A program made the position numbers and the translations under genes. The notes under the pieces were generated by a model. It saw only the letters and a list, made by a program, of their open reading frames with translations, was not told the origin of the DNA and did not search any database. A stretch of 64,000 nucleotides of DNA, taken from contig CAYRRM010000002.1 of NCBI GenBank assembly GCA_964426675.1, forward strand, positions 1 through 64,000, read 5' to 3'. Within the stretch, counting starts at the first letter, position 1, and every line of letters starts with the position of its first letter. The stretch is from an uncultured Lentisphaera sp. (GTDB lineage Bacteria > Verrucomicrobiota > Lentisphaeria > Victivallales > GWF2-50-93). Shown piece after piece: positions 10,065-19,900 of the stretch.

Positions 10065-11513
10065 ATGGGTTCTTATATTATTCTATTCTTGCTGGCTGTC
10101 TTCTTTATCTTTTTTACATTAATTATTTTACTGAGCAGATATAAGAAGTGTCCCTCAGATAGAATAATGGTAATATATGGAAAAACTAAGGAAAGACGTG
10201 CCGCCAGATGTATTCACGGAGGTGCAGCATTCATAATGCCGGTTATTCAAGACTACGGTTTTATGAGCCTCAGACCTATGCAAATAGAGGTAAATCTAAC
10301 CAATGCTCTTTGTAAACAAAATATAAGAATCAATGTGCCATCAGTATTTACAGTCGGAATAAGTACTAACCCTGAATTAATGAATAATGCCGCCGAACGA
10401 TTATTTGGTTTGCACCCTGATACAATAGCAGATCTTGCAAAAGATATTATCTTTGGACAATTGCGTCTTGTAATTGCATCAATGACAATAGAAGAAATAA
10501 ATGCAGATAGAGATTCTTTCCTTAAAAATATAGAACAAAATGTTGCGGAAGAACTAAATAAACTCGGCTTACAATTGCTAAATGTAAATATCACAGATAT
10601 TACAGATGAAAGCGGATATATCACAGCAATAGGTAAAAAAGCAGCAGCAGAAGCCGTAAATGAAGCTCTCATTGATGTGGCAAATGCAGAGAAAAAAGGA
10701 CAAACTGGACAGGCCGTAGCTAAGAGAGACCAGAGAGTTCTAGTATCAAAAGCCAATGCTGAAGCAGCGGCAGGAGAAGCGTCTGCAGATAGAGACCGCA
10801 GAATTGCCATAAAACAAGCAGAAGCAGAAGCAATAAATGGAGAAAATTTATCTGCGATTGAAATTGCAAAATCAAATGCTATTAGGGCTGAGCAAGAAGC
10901 AGAAGCGTTTAGAAAAGCAGAAGCAGCAAAGCGTATAGCGCAAGCCCAAATAGAAAAAGCTGAATATGAGGCAGAACTCGAAGCTCAAAAATCTCGTGCA
11001 AAAATGGAAATGGAAAAACAAAATGCAGAGATAATTGTGCCATCTGAAATACAGAAAAAACAAATTGAAATAGCAGCAGAAGCAGAAGCAGAAAAGTATA
11101 GAAGAGAAGCAAAAGGAGAAGCAGATGCGATTTTCGCAAAATTAAGTGCTCAAGCTAAAGGGCAATTCGAAATACTTAAATCAAAAGGAGCAGGTTTCCA
11201 GGAAATTATCAAAGCGTGTAATGGCGATACAGATGCCGCTTCTAAGATGCTACTAATAGAAAAACTCGAAGAAATAGTGAAACTTCAAACCGAAGCAATA
11301 AAAAATATCAAGATAGATAAGGTTACTGTCTGGGATGGAGGGCAAAGGACTCCAGATGGCAAAACCTCTACGGCAAACTTTCTGAGTGGAATGATGCAAA
11401 GTCTTCCACCTCTTCACGACGTTGCAAGTATGGCCGGTATAGATTTGCCGGGTTATCTCGGAAAGGTAAAGGAATGCCCTGCTAACCAGAGTATTACAAA
11501 CGATAAAAAATAG
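10065..11513 (+). CDS. SPFH/band-7 flotillin-like protein (YqiK/FloA-like)
   Basis: An N-terminal TM segment and SPFH domain are followed by a long Ala/Glu-rich coiled coil. An AGGAG RBS is present. This is the classical NfeD partner. Confidence 0.8.
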   Translation: MGSYIILFLLAVFFIFFTLIILLSRYKKCPSDRIMVIYGKTKERRAARCIHGGAAFIMPVIQDYGFMSLRPMQIEVNLTNALCKQNIRINVPSVFTVGISTNPELMNNAAERLFGLHPDTIADLAKDIIFGQLRLVIASMTIEEINADRDSFLKNIEQNVAEELNKLGLQLLNVNITDITDESGYITAIGKKAAAEAVNEALIDVANAEKKGQTGQAVAKRDQRVLVSKANAEAAAGEASADRDRRIAIKQAEAEAINGENLSAIEIAKSNAIRAEQEAEAFRKAEAAKRIAQAQIEKAEYEAELEAQKSRAKMEMEKQNAEIIVPSEIQKKQIEIAAEAEAEKYRREAKGEADAIFAKLSAQAKGQFEILKSKGAGFQEIIKACNGDTDAASKMLLIEKLEEIVKLQTEAIKNIKIDKVTVWDGGQRTPDGKTSTANFLSGMMQSLPPLHDVASMAGIDLPGYLGKVKECPANQSITNDKK

Positions 11514-11538
11514 TTCGGGAATTTATTTCTTAATTCCT

Positions 11539-12165
11539 ATGTTTTCCAAAAAACTCTACCTTAGCCTGGAATTAATTGTATTATTTTTTCTTTTACCAGT
11601 ACTTTATCTTTTTTCTCCTATAAAGATTCATATATTATTGATACTCTCTGCAATAACAGTATTGTGTCTTATTATTCACTATTTTTCAGGAAATGAACTT
11701 TCCTTTAAAGTTCTACCTATCCCATCCAACTTAATAGAAATGTTTTTAACTTTTTTTATTATATCGATTCTATTGGGGATATTCGTTTATATTTATTTCC
11801 CTGAGAATTTTTTTTCATTCCCATTAAAAAACACTAAAATATGGATACTCGTGATGTTTTTTTATCCAATTTTATCAGTGTTACCGCAGGAGTTCATATA
11901 TAGAGTATTTTTTATCTCCAGATACCGCGAAATCTTAGGAGGAGAACGCTCTATGAGTCTTGTTAATGCTCTTGCTTTCGCTTTCCTTCACATTGTATTT
12001 AAAAATAGCCTCGCAGTAATCTTAACTTTCATAGCTTCCTTTATCTTTTATAGAAATTATCAAAGAAACCACTCACTGTTCTGGGTAAGCTTTGAACACT
12101 ACCTTTATGGAGCAATGATTTTTTCTATTGGATTAGGACGTTTTTTTTACAACGGTGTACATTAG
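11539..12165 (+). CDS. CPBP-family intramembrane metalloprotease (CAAX protease-like)
   Basis: The EFIYR (ExxxR) and FAFLH (FxxxH) motifs lie within TM helices. Confidence 0.7.
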   Translation: MFSKKLYLSLELIVLFFLLPVLYLFSPIKIHILLILSAITVLCLIIHYFSGNELSFKVLPIPSNLIEMFLTFFIISILLGIFVYIYFPENFFSFPLKNTKIWILVMFFYPILSVLPQEFIYRVFFISRYREILGGERSMSLVNALAFAFLHIVFKNSLAVILTFIASFIFYRNYQRNHSLFWVSFEHYLYGAMIFSIGLGRFFYNGVH

Positions 12166-12440
12166 CCTAAATCTTTCATAAAAAGTTTTAAAATAAACCG
12201 TAAAATCTATCATAACCTGTTATTTGGTAGTTTGTTACAAAAATACAAAAAACATGAGATTTACCAATGACACAGTGGAACACTTTAAAAGACAATTTTC
12301 AATCTAATTTTTTCCTGCTATTAAAAAGGGGGAAAGTTAAACTGTAGATTTTCTTCCACGTTGGTCTCATTTTGGCTCAGAATAGTTCCAAAAAGGAGCT
12401 GTCATCTCAAAGCCAACAATGGGAGAGACAATCTGTCAAA

Positions 12441-12535
12441 ATCATCAACCTAAAAAATTGACGAAGCATAATCTATAACAACTTTATTTTCATATACATA
12501 AAAATAAAAACAATTTTCAACAGCTTTTATTAGGA
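12441..12535. repeat. R1 repeat, degenerate copy 1 (hyperconserved core AGCATAATCTATAACAAC...TTTTCATATACATAAAAATAAAAACAATTTTCAA)
   Basis: The core is near-identical to those at 15145-15200 and 47051-47108. The upstream part of the element is diverged or deleted. Confidence 0.8.
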
Positions 12536-12919
12536 GCAATTTACAAGCATCTTAACAGCATAAATTCAAAAATCACATCGAGAAAATAACAAAAGTTAAC
12601 AGAGCCTGCCTTATGAAATAAGCAGATTAATGTTATTTTAAGATTTTCCTGCATTTCGTGTTTCAGTTAATTAAGAGATAAAAATGTCGGGAAAGATACG
12701 AATGGAATACAAATTATTTTATCATAGATATCAAATAATTCGAAGGGTTTGACTATCACAAAGGTTTGCGAGAACTTCAATATTTGAATATTGGAATAAA
12801 AATTTCAAATTGCATAAAATTACCAGAAAACAGCACAAAAAGAAGAGAAAAATTGTTTTTTTACATATAATATTTATAAAGTTAATTAAAAAAGTAAACA
12901 TTAAAGAAGGAGATGAAAA

Positions 12920-14299
12920 ATGAAATTCAAAGAAATGAAAATTAAAAGTTCTGATGGTTTAATATTTGGAAAGGCTCCAAATCCAGTAAAAACACGAAGA
13001 GGACTCTTAATTGGAGGTGGATTAGTGTATCCTGAATTAAATTTTACAGTTCCAGAATCTACTTTAATCAATAGAGATACATTGCCAGAACTTATTGATA
13101 TGTATTCAAATCTCGTAAAAAATGTTCTTGAAAGAGCTGTAGAACTTGAATCAAATGGTCTTGTCCTCGAATTTGAAACCTTGCTGGAAATGACAAATGA
13201 CCCATTTATTGGAACTGAAATTGTAAAGGCCATGAATAATATATGTGAAGAGTTTTATATAAAATATGGCTTAAAAACTGAAATACGTCTAACTCCTAAT
13301 GATAGTCGTGATATGGAAAGACCTCCCAAAATGAGAAATGGCAAATATCTTGATGCGATGTTTGAACTATTTGAGAAAGGCTCCGATGCTGGGGCTGATT
13401 TATTATCAATAGAGTCAACTGGCGGAAAGGAAATTCATGATGATGCGTTGATGAATTGCGATATAAGACTTTCCCTATTTTCCCTGGCTATTCTCGGCGT
13501 AAGAGATATGAAATTTTTATGGAATAATATTGTGAAAATTGCAAAAAGAAAGGGGAAAATTGCTGCATCAGATACTGCATGCGGTTTTGCAAATACAGCA
13601 ATGGTTCTGGCAGATAAAAATTATATTCCTAAAGTTTTTTCTGCTGCAGTGAGAATGATAAGTGTAGTAAGGAGTCTTGTAGCCATTGAAGAAGGAGCTC
13701 AAGGACCACATAAGGATTGCGGTTATGAAGGAGTCTATATAAAGGCAATATCCGGTATTCCTATATCTATGGAGGGAAAAAGTGCGGCATGCGCTCACCT
13801 CAGCCCGGTTGGGAACATATCCTGTGCAGCGGCAGATTTATGGAGTAATGAATCTGTTCAGAACATAAAACTCCTCGCAGGAATGGCTCCTACTGTATTT
13901 GAGGAAATTCTCGAATATGATACACGCATTTTAAACACAGCTTCCGCATGTGACGAGAAAAGTGCCAGGCAACTTCAAAAATTACTTATAGAATCAGATT
14001 GTCATCGTGATCCTCAGGCCTTCGTCTTATCCCCTGAATTTGTTTTAGAAGTTGCAAGTGAAATCTTAAAATATGATAATCACTATATGGCAGCTCTAAA
14101 AAGTTCTCTTAAAGGTCTTCAGATTTGTAAGGAAGCTATTAAATCTGGTTTTCTAAAAAGTTCAGAAAGAGAAAAAGACTGGCTGGAAAGGATTATAGAC
14201 GAATTATCAAGTTGTCCAGAAGATGAAAGCAAATTTATAGATGAAGTTTTACCTCTTGTTGATACTGAAAAGTGCGATTTAAAACAGTATGAACTCTGA
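12920..14299 (+). CDS. MtaB-family protein (methanol:corrinoid methyltransferase subunit B-like, TIM-barrel zinc enzyme)
   Basis: GADLLSIESTGGKEIHDDALMNCDI and DCGYEGVYIKAISGIPISMEGKSAACAHLS resemble remembered MtaB zinc-site regions. A strong AAGGAG RBS is present. No mtaC or mtaA lies adjacent. Confidence 0.5.
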   Translation: MKFKEMKIKSSDGLIFGKAPNPVKTRRGLLIGGGLVYPELNFTVPESTLINRDTLPELIDMYSNLVKNVLERAVELESNGLVLEFETLLEMTNDPFIGTEIVKAMNNICEEFYIKYGLKTEIRLTPNDSRDMERPPKMRNGKYLDAMFELFEKGSDAGADLLSIESTGGKEIHDDALMNCDIRLSLFSLAILGVRDMKFLWNNIVKIAKRKGKIAASDTACGFANTAMVLADKNYIPKVFSAAVRMISVVRSLVAIEEGAQGPHKDCGYEGVYIKAISGIPISMEGKSAACAHLSPVGNISCAAADLWSNESVQNIKLLAGMAPTVFEEILEYDTRILNTASACDEKSARQLQKLLIESDCHRDPQAFVLSPEFVLEVASEILKYDNHYMAALKSSLKGLQICKEAIKSGFLKSSEREKDWLERIIDELSSCPEDESKFIDEVLPLVDTEKCDLKQYEL

Positions 14300-14536
14300 A
14301 CAACATCATATTTTTTAAATACAGTTTGTTAAAATATATTCTGATTTTTCAAAAATTTTTTTGCGCGGTTTTTGATTTCTTAATTTTTCGCAAAAATTTT
14401 ATTTCCTAAGACACAACACATTACGGATTGATATTATACTTATTAAAATTTATAACACTTGAAAAAAAAGTATTATGATTTATATTTTGTGGAAAATTAT
14501 TCTTCTATGCGGAAAATATAATTATCTGTTAAATTA

Positions 14537-14692
14537 ATGAATAATATCAAGGAGAAATCAGATTTGACAAGAAATGAGGAAATAGAATTTTGTGACGGGT
14601 GTGGAAAACAGTTAACACCCGGAACTCCAAGATATCGGACAGATGAAGGAACTTTCTGTCCAGAATGTTATAAAAAAAGAATTTCAACGTGA
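14537..14692 (+). CDS. small zinc-ribbon protein (CxxC-x17-CxxC), absent from the ORF track
   Basis: The 51-codon ORF encodes ...EFCDGCGKQLTPGTPRYRTDEGTFCPECYKK. An AAGGAG at 14549-14554 sits 9 nt before an in-frame TTG at 14564, which is an alternative start. Confidence 0.4.
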   Translation: MNNIKEKSDLTRNEEIEFCDGCGKQLTPGTPRYRTDEGTFCPECYKKRIST

Positions 14693-14987
14693 TGGTAAAA
14701 TTTCTATTTCTGAGATAAAAATTTGGAAGAGCCTTAACGGCATTTATTTACTCATTTAGGGTAAATAAAATGGATTAGGTTTAGAAGCTTAATAATCAAG
14801 TACTAATAACTTTGCCAAGCCTTGAGTTTAAGAAGTAAAAATATACGTGATTTTGGATATTTTCAGTATTCTCATACAAACCGTATGTTGGTATATTTAT
14901 ATATCATTATAGTGTCAGGGAGATAATATTCCATCTTGATAATTTCTCCAGTTTAAATTATTTAAAAACTTTTTGGTTAAGTTCATC

Positions 14988-15215
14988 CTCTAAATTAAGC
15001 AGTTGGGCGCATCTGCCGTAGATAGTAGGTAGCAAAACGAGCTGTAGCAACTACTAGTGGAAGCTAACGAAGTAGATACGATAAATACGGACAGCCATTC
15101 GCGGGTTGAAAATCGTAAAAAATCGTCAACCTAAAAGGTTGACGAAGCATAATCTATAACAACCTTATTTTCATATACATAAAAATAAAAACAATTTTCA
15201 ACTGATTTTTTTAGG
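14988..15215. repeat. R1 repeat, full copy 2 (about 225 bp), contains the perfect hairpin CGTCAACC-TAAAA-GGTTGACG at 15124-15144
   Basis: It aligns along its whole length with 46893-47120 and with the partial copy at 12441-12535. Confidence 0.85.
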
Positions 15216-15299
15216 TTCATTAGTGTAGTATATACAACGTTCTAAATAGAGCTTTTACATAATTCTTTATATAATAAATCAGTATTTTCAGAGAGGAGA

Positions 15300-16133
15300 T
15301 TACTTTATTTTTTGATACACTCTAATATAATCAATGATAAATTGTTGTGGTAAGATATTGTCATCTATTTTGCCACCCCAAGTACCGCCGATTGCGAAGT
15401 TCATAAGGATATAAAAAGGTTCTCTGAATGGATTATAATTTTCTTCATCTGCTTCTGAAACATTGAATGAGAAATATTTATTTTCATCAAAGAAAAAGTT
15501 AATTTCTTCTGAATTCCATTCAATGGCATAAATATGGAAATCATCAAAAGGTTTTTCTGTGTAAAATTTTCCTCCTTTAGACTTATGCTTACCGTTTATT
15601 GCAAAATGTACTGTTCCATGAATTGTCCCTGGTTCTTTACCAACAAATTCCATAATGTCTATTTCTCCACATGTTGGCCATCCTTTTGTATCGTGGGAAT
15701 CTCCCAACATCCATATAGCTGGCCAAACGCCTTGGCCATGTGGAAGTTTTGCTTTTACTTCAATGCGTCCGTATTTAACGCTGAACTTATTTTTTGTAAT
15801 AATGCTTGCTGCGGTATAATCTGCATATTCCAATTTTGTTTTCCAGGAGTTTGATCCTAGTTTAAACATGTGATTTTTAAATTTTTCTTTTCTGCATTCG
15901 ATAATCAAGAGCCCATTTTCTACTCTGGCATTTTCCATTCTTTCCCGGGTATAATATTGTTTTTCTTCATTTCTTACAAAGCCATATTCATAGTTCCATT
16001 TTGTTGGGTCAGGTAAACCATTGTTATTGAATTCATCACACCATATGAGTTTCCATTCATCGGGATTATCTGCTTTGGTTATAGTTGGTAAAATTATTAT
16101 GGTGCTCATCAGGAGAAGAAGTTCTAAATTCAT
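15300..16133 (-). CDS. GH16 family beta-glucanase (laminarinase-like), secreted
   Basis: A signal peptide is present, together with the catalytic EIDIMEF (ExDxxE) motif and the WPA(I)WML motif. Confidence 0.85.
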   Translation of the reverse strand: MNLELLLLMSTIIILPTITKADNPDEWKLIWCDEFNNNGLPDPTKWNYEYGFVRNEEKQYYTRERMENARVENGLLIIECRKEKFKNHMFKLGSNSWKTKLEYADYTAASIITKNKFSVKYGRIEVKAKLPHGQGVWPAIWMLGDSHDTKGWPTCGEIDIMEFVGKEPGTIHGTVHFAINGKHKSKGGKFYTEKPFDDFHIYAIEWNSEEINFFFDENKYFSFNVSEADEENYNPFREPFYILMNFAIGGTWGGKIDDNILPQQFIIDYIRVYQKIK

Positions 16134-16146
16134 TGCTCATACATCC

Positions 16147-16944
16147 TTAATTTTTCTTTAAAGAATCAAGATATTCTGATGGTGTCATAAATATAGAGCC
16201 TTTTTCAATTAGATAGTCGATAATTTTTTTGAAATTATTCCATTTTTCTTCAGTATTCCACATATTTGGATGACCTTGCATGCATATATATGGTTTTTTA
16301 GGGGCGAATTTTTCATATGCCTTTTTGAAATTGTCGAAGTCAGGAAGACCCGGTTTCAATTCTAAATTTACATTTCTTTCGAAGATAAATTTACTTGTTT
16401 TTTTTGAAGGGGGGGAATAAAAAAAGACCATTTTAATTTCAGGGATTTGTTCAAGTGCAAGGAAAGTCTCTTCGCTTGTTCCTGACCAATGCGGCCCAAA
16501 AGCTTTTAAAATTATTCCTGTTTTTTCTTTCATAAGATTTTGTGTTTTTTCAAGAGCTTGTTTTTGTTCTTCCAATGATGTTTTTTCAAATTCTGCGCTA
16601 TCATTTTGTCCTTTACGATTCTTGTACCCATGATTCCAGAGTTCAAAACCTTTTTTATCTAGATCTTTTAGATAATCGAAGTATTTTTGATTATTTTCTT
16701 CTAAAGTAAAACCAATTACTCCTATAGAAGCTTTCAATTTTTTGGCAAGTATATAATCTACTACCTTTTGCCAGCGTGGTGAAACTGGCAGTGAGCCATC
16801 TGAAGGAGCTCCCGATGTACCCATATCGTCTAATTTAAGAATGACTATTGGGACATTTTGTTTTGCAGTGTCCTGAGCATTAAGTAAAATGCCTGAAAAT
16901 AATGCAGCAGCTAACAACTGAGTTCCAAGTAATGAGATTTTCAT
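16147..16944 (-). CDS. secreted carbohydrate deacetylase-like protein (putative)
   Basis: A signal peptide follows M16 (MKISLLGTQLLAAALF), and an AGGAG RBS lies 9 nt upstream of that ATG. The LKLDDMG motif resembles YdjC/polysaccharide-deacetylase DD(F/M)G motifs. Confidence 0.35.
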   Translation of the reverse strand: MKISLLGTQLLAAALFSGILLNAQDTAKQNVPIVILKLDDMGTSGAPSDGSLPVSPRWQKVVDYILAKKLKASIGVIGFTLEENNQKYFDYLKDLDKKGFELWNHGYKNRKGQNDSAEFEKTSLEEQKQALEKTQNLMKEKTGIILKAFGPHWSGTSEETFLALEQIPEIKMVFFYSPPSKKTSKFIFERNVNLELKPGLPDFDNFKKAYEKFAPKKPYICMQGHPNMWNTEEKWNNFKKIIDYLIEKGSIFMTPSEYLDSLKKN

Positions 16945-16982
16945 TTTTTTTACTCCTTTTTTTAAGAAAATTAAAAATTTAA

Positions 16983-19900
16983 TTACCATCTGTAGTATCT
17001 ATATGGGTCATCTTCAGCAATTGGGTTTTGTAGATAGTAAGAGTTAATCCATGGAGCTGATTTTCTTTTTATCCTTGGTTGTTCTCTGAATCCTCCATTC
17101 ATATAAGTATCATTAACTTTTACAACGAGAGTGTTTTTTTCTTTTTTTCTTAGGATTTCTGTTTTGAATGTATAAGTTCTTGGAGCATTCCAATAGTTTT
17201 TTGGATTTGTAGTTTTTGTGAGCTCTCCGAGAAATTGTTCATTGAGCCACGTCCATGATTCATCATCTATTCCACCCAATTCAAGGGTGAGTTCATCTTC
17301 ATTTTCAAATTCTTGTGGGAGAGTAAATTTCAATCTATACCAGAAAAAACCATCATATCCATTTAAATCTTTTCTTAGTAAGTCAAACATTCCAGGAACT
17401 AATATGGGTTCCCATGTAGAATCATCAAAGTTTTCTTTCATCCAACCTGCAGATTCTCCTATATTATCTTTATCAGGTACACCTTTCCAATCTTTAACTA
17501 ATCTTAAAATTGAAGATGAAGGAGTTCTTGCGAAATTCGCAAGTAATTGAGTTGTCATTGTTGCGTGAAGATTTGCCAATAGCCTTGAAATAAGGAAACA
17601 GTTCCTGCGATATGTTGTCCTTTGATATGGTTTTGTTGTATAATCAATATTCCATGGTGCTATTTGAACTAAAGCGACAGTACCATTACCTACTTTTAGG
17701 ATTTTAAGCATTTCTACTGAATCTCTGTCTTTTTCTGTAAAGGCATCAAAGCTGAATTTTCCTCTAAAATGCAATTCAGAGTTTGAGATTCCATTAAGTT
17801 CTTTTGCTGTCATATTCTCCATTGTGGATGAAAACCCTGTGAAGTGCTCCATTTTTAGCATATTTGGTAGAATATTTGATATTGTTTTTTCATCAAGTCC
17901 TATTGTGAGTAAGTTTGCTCCTTGATATACCAGATCTTTTAGCGATGAAGATTTGCTATTTGGGCCGATTACAACGAGAGAGTTAAGAGGTGTAATTTTT
18001 TCATTATTGAGCTTAGAAAACTTAACTCCAAGAGCCTCAAGAAGATTTGCACCTTCCTGATTTCCATCATAATAAACAGATCTTATTTTTTCAATATGGA
18101 CTTTATCGAGATATTTGACTATATTTTTTGTAATTTGGAGAGCAACCGGGTCATTTTCGGTTCTTCCTGAGACATCAAGCTGACAGAAAATAATTTTTTT
18201 ATTCCCTTCAGAATATTCAATAAGAGGAGAGTATTGTAAATCAAAGCCACAATCAACAATGGGCAACCAGTTACCTCGTTCTGGTTTTTCTATTACGATT
18301 GAAGCTACATTTCCACTATTCCCACAACGCCATACTCGAGTATTCAAAAAGCCACACCATTCCCATTGAGGATCGTGCTCTTCAAATTCCTCTAAATCAG
18401 TGAGATAAGGAGGAGTAAGCGTGGATTCTCCACGCCAATCCCTTAGCATGTCCTCATCTATGCCAGTCAGAACAGGATGATTTTTACTTCTAATAAAGAG
18501 ATTGCGAAAACCATAAATATTTATTCGGAAACCCAGTTTATTTGACAAAGAAATTTCATTTTGTTCAAATACAATCATTTTTAGTGGTTTATCACTCTTT
18601 GAAAAATCGTGATTAGCATCTTTTTCCTGAAGGGCATTTTTGCCGATTATGAGAATCCTATTTTCATCGGGTTCAAAGTCTGAGTATGAAACAATTTTTT
18701 TATAGTTTATAGAAGATTCATCAAATAGGCGTGTTGTATCACCTTTTGGATCAAATAGATATACTTCTGAATCAATATTAATATTTGCAAGATTGAGTTT
18801 AAGTATATTGAAAGAGAAAATATCACTACATTTCCATTTTTCTTCAAAGTTAAATTCTGCAATCATTTTCAGTGATTGTTTTTTTTCTGGAGCTTTGAAT
18901 TTGATAGGACAAAATTTGATTTCTCCTGGTTTTAGTTCAACTTCTCCTCTTCCTTCTATATTAGTTGACTCGATTTTCCAGGAATATTTACATTTAACAT
19001 TTTCTCTTGAGTCATTGATAATGACCAGTTGTTTGGCGATATTTTCTCCCGGGAGAAAGTTATGAGACTTATCTGTGAACTTTGGATATCCACCTACAAA
19101 ACCAAGGTATTCCATATTATTTTTAAGGAATATTTTCCCAAGTGAAGATGGGATGAAATTACTTTCATCTCCTGGATCATTTATAAACTGAGCCCCTGAA
19201 TGAAAAAAGTCAGGTACAATACCTGGCTTTTGCAGTGTTTTGTATTTTAAGGGGTTATCTTTATCTGGAGTTTCTTTTACTCTTTGCCATAGAGAAGCTT
19301 GATCCCATGGAAGTATTGAAGAAACCCCCCAGGCTCTATGTGAACGCCAGTTGTCGGAAGCATAGTATGAGGTAATTTCCCTATAATTTTCTTCCATTGA
19401 TGAAAGAGTTGGCACAAAAATGCTCCAATGGAAAGGCTTCCCTATCGCAAAATTTTTTTCTTCCGCTTCAATAAGTTCAATTTTTTTAGGAGTCATATTA
19501 TAGGCTTTTTCTCCTGTTATTGCTGCTGAAAATTCGCTATCCCAAACACTTTGATATGCCAGGCATCTCCAGATGAATTCAGGTCCTCGATAACTTGACC
19601 ATGAAGCGATATGAGGGAGCCCCCATTCTACAAAGAAAAAGGGTTTTACTCCATTTTTGCTCCAATGTTCTAACCACTCAGAACGTTCCTGTCGTGGGGC
19701 CCAGTTAAGATAACAATTTACAGTGTATATATCTCCAAGATTTCCACACTGATGATGGTAAACAGGTCTGGTTGGATCAATTTTTTTTGCTATAGAAGCA
19801 GCTTTTTCAGATTTTTCTCTTCTTTCTATATAAGAACCTTTTTTACCTTTTTCAATTTCACTTTTTAGTCTCTCTGGCATATATGTTCCATCTAATTTTA

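Noticed and set aside
10253-10810. 185-aa Ala/Ser-rich minus-strand ORF inside the flotillin gene
   Set aside because: It is an antisense shadow of the Ala/Glu-rich coiled-coil codons (GCA/GAA repeats). Other internal antisense ORFs in groEL, dnaK and the giant GH are rejected for the same reason.
12166-12919. Cobalamin riboswitch upstream of the MtaB-like gene
   Set aside because: No B12-box or related conserved motif is present. The region is AT-rich promoter-like DNA plus the decayed R1 copy.
14988-15215. R1 repeat as tmRNA, SRP RNA, 6S RNA or a riboswitch
   Set aside because: It lacks the tRNA-like 3' end or tag ORF of tmRNA, lacks the conserved SRP domain IV motif, and matches no riboswitch consensus I know. 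Multi-copy occurrence also argues against housekeeping RNAs.
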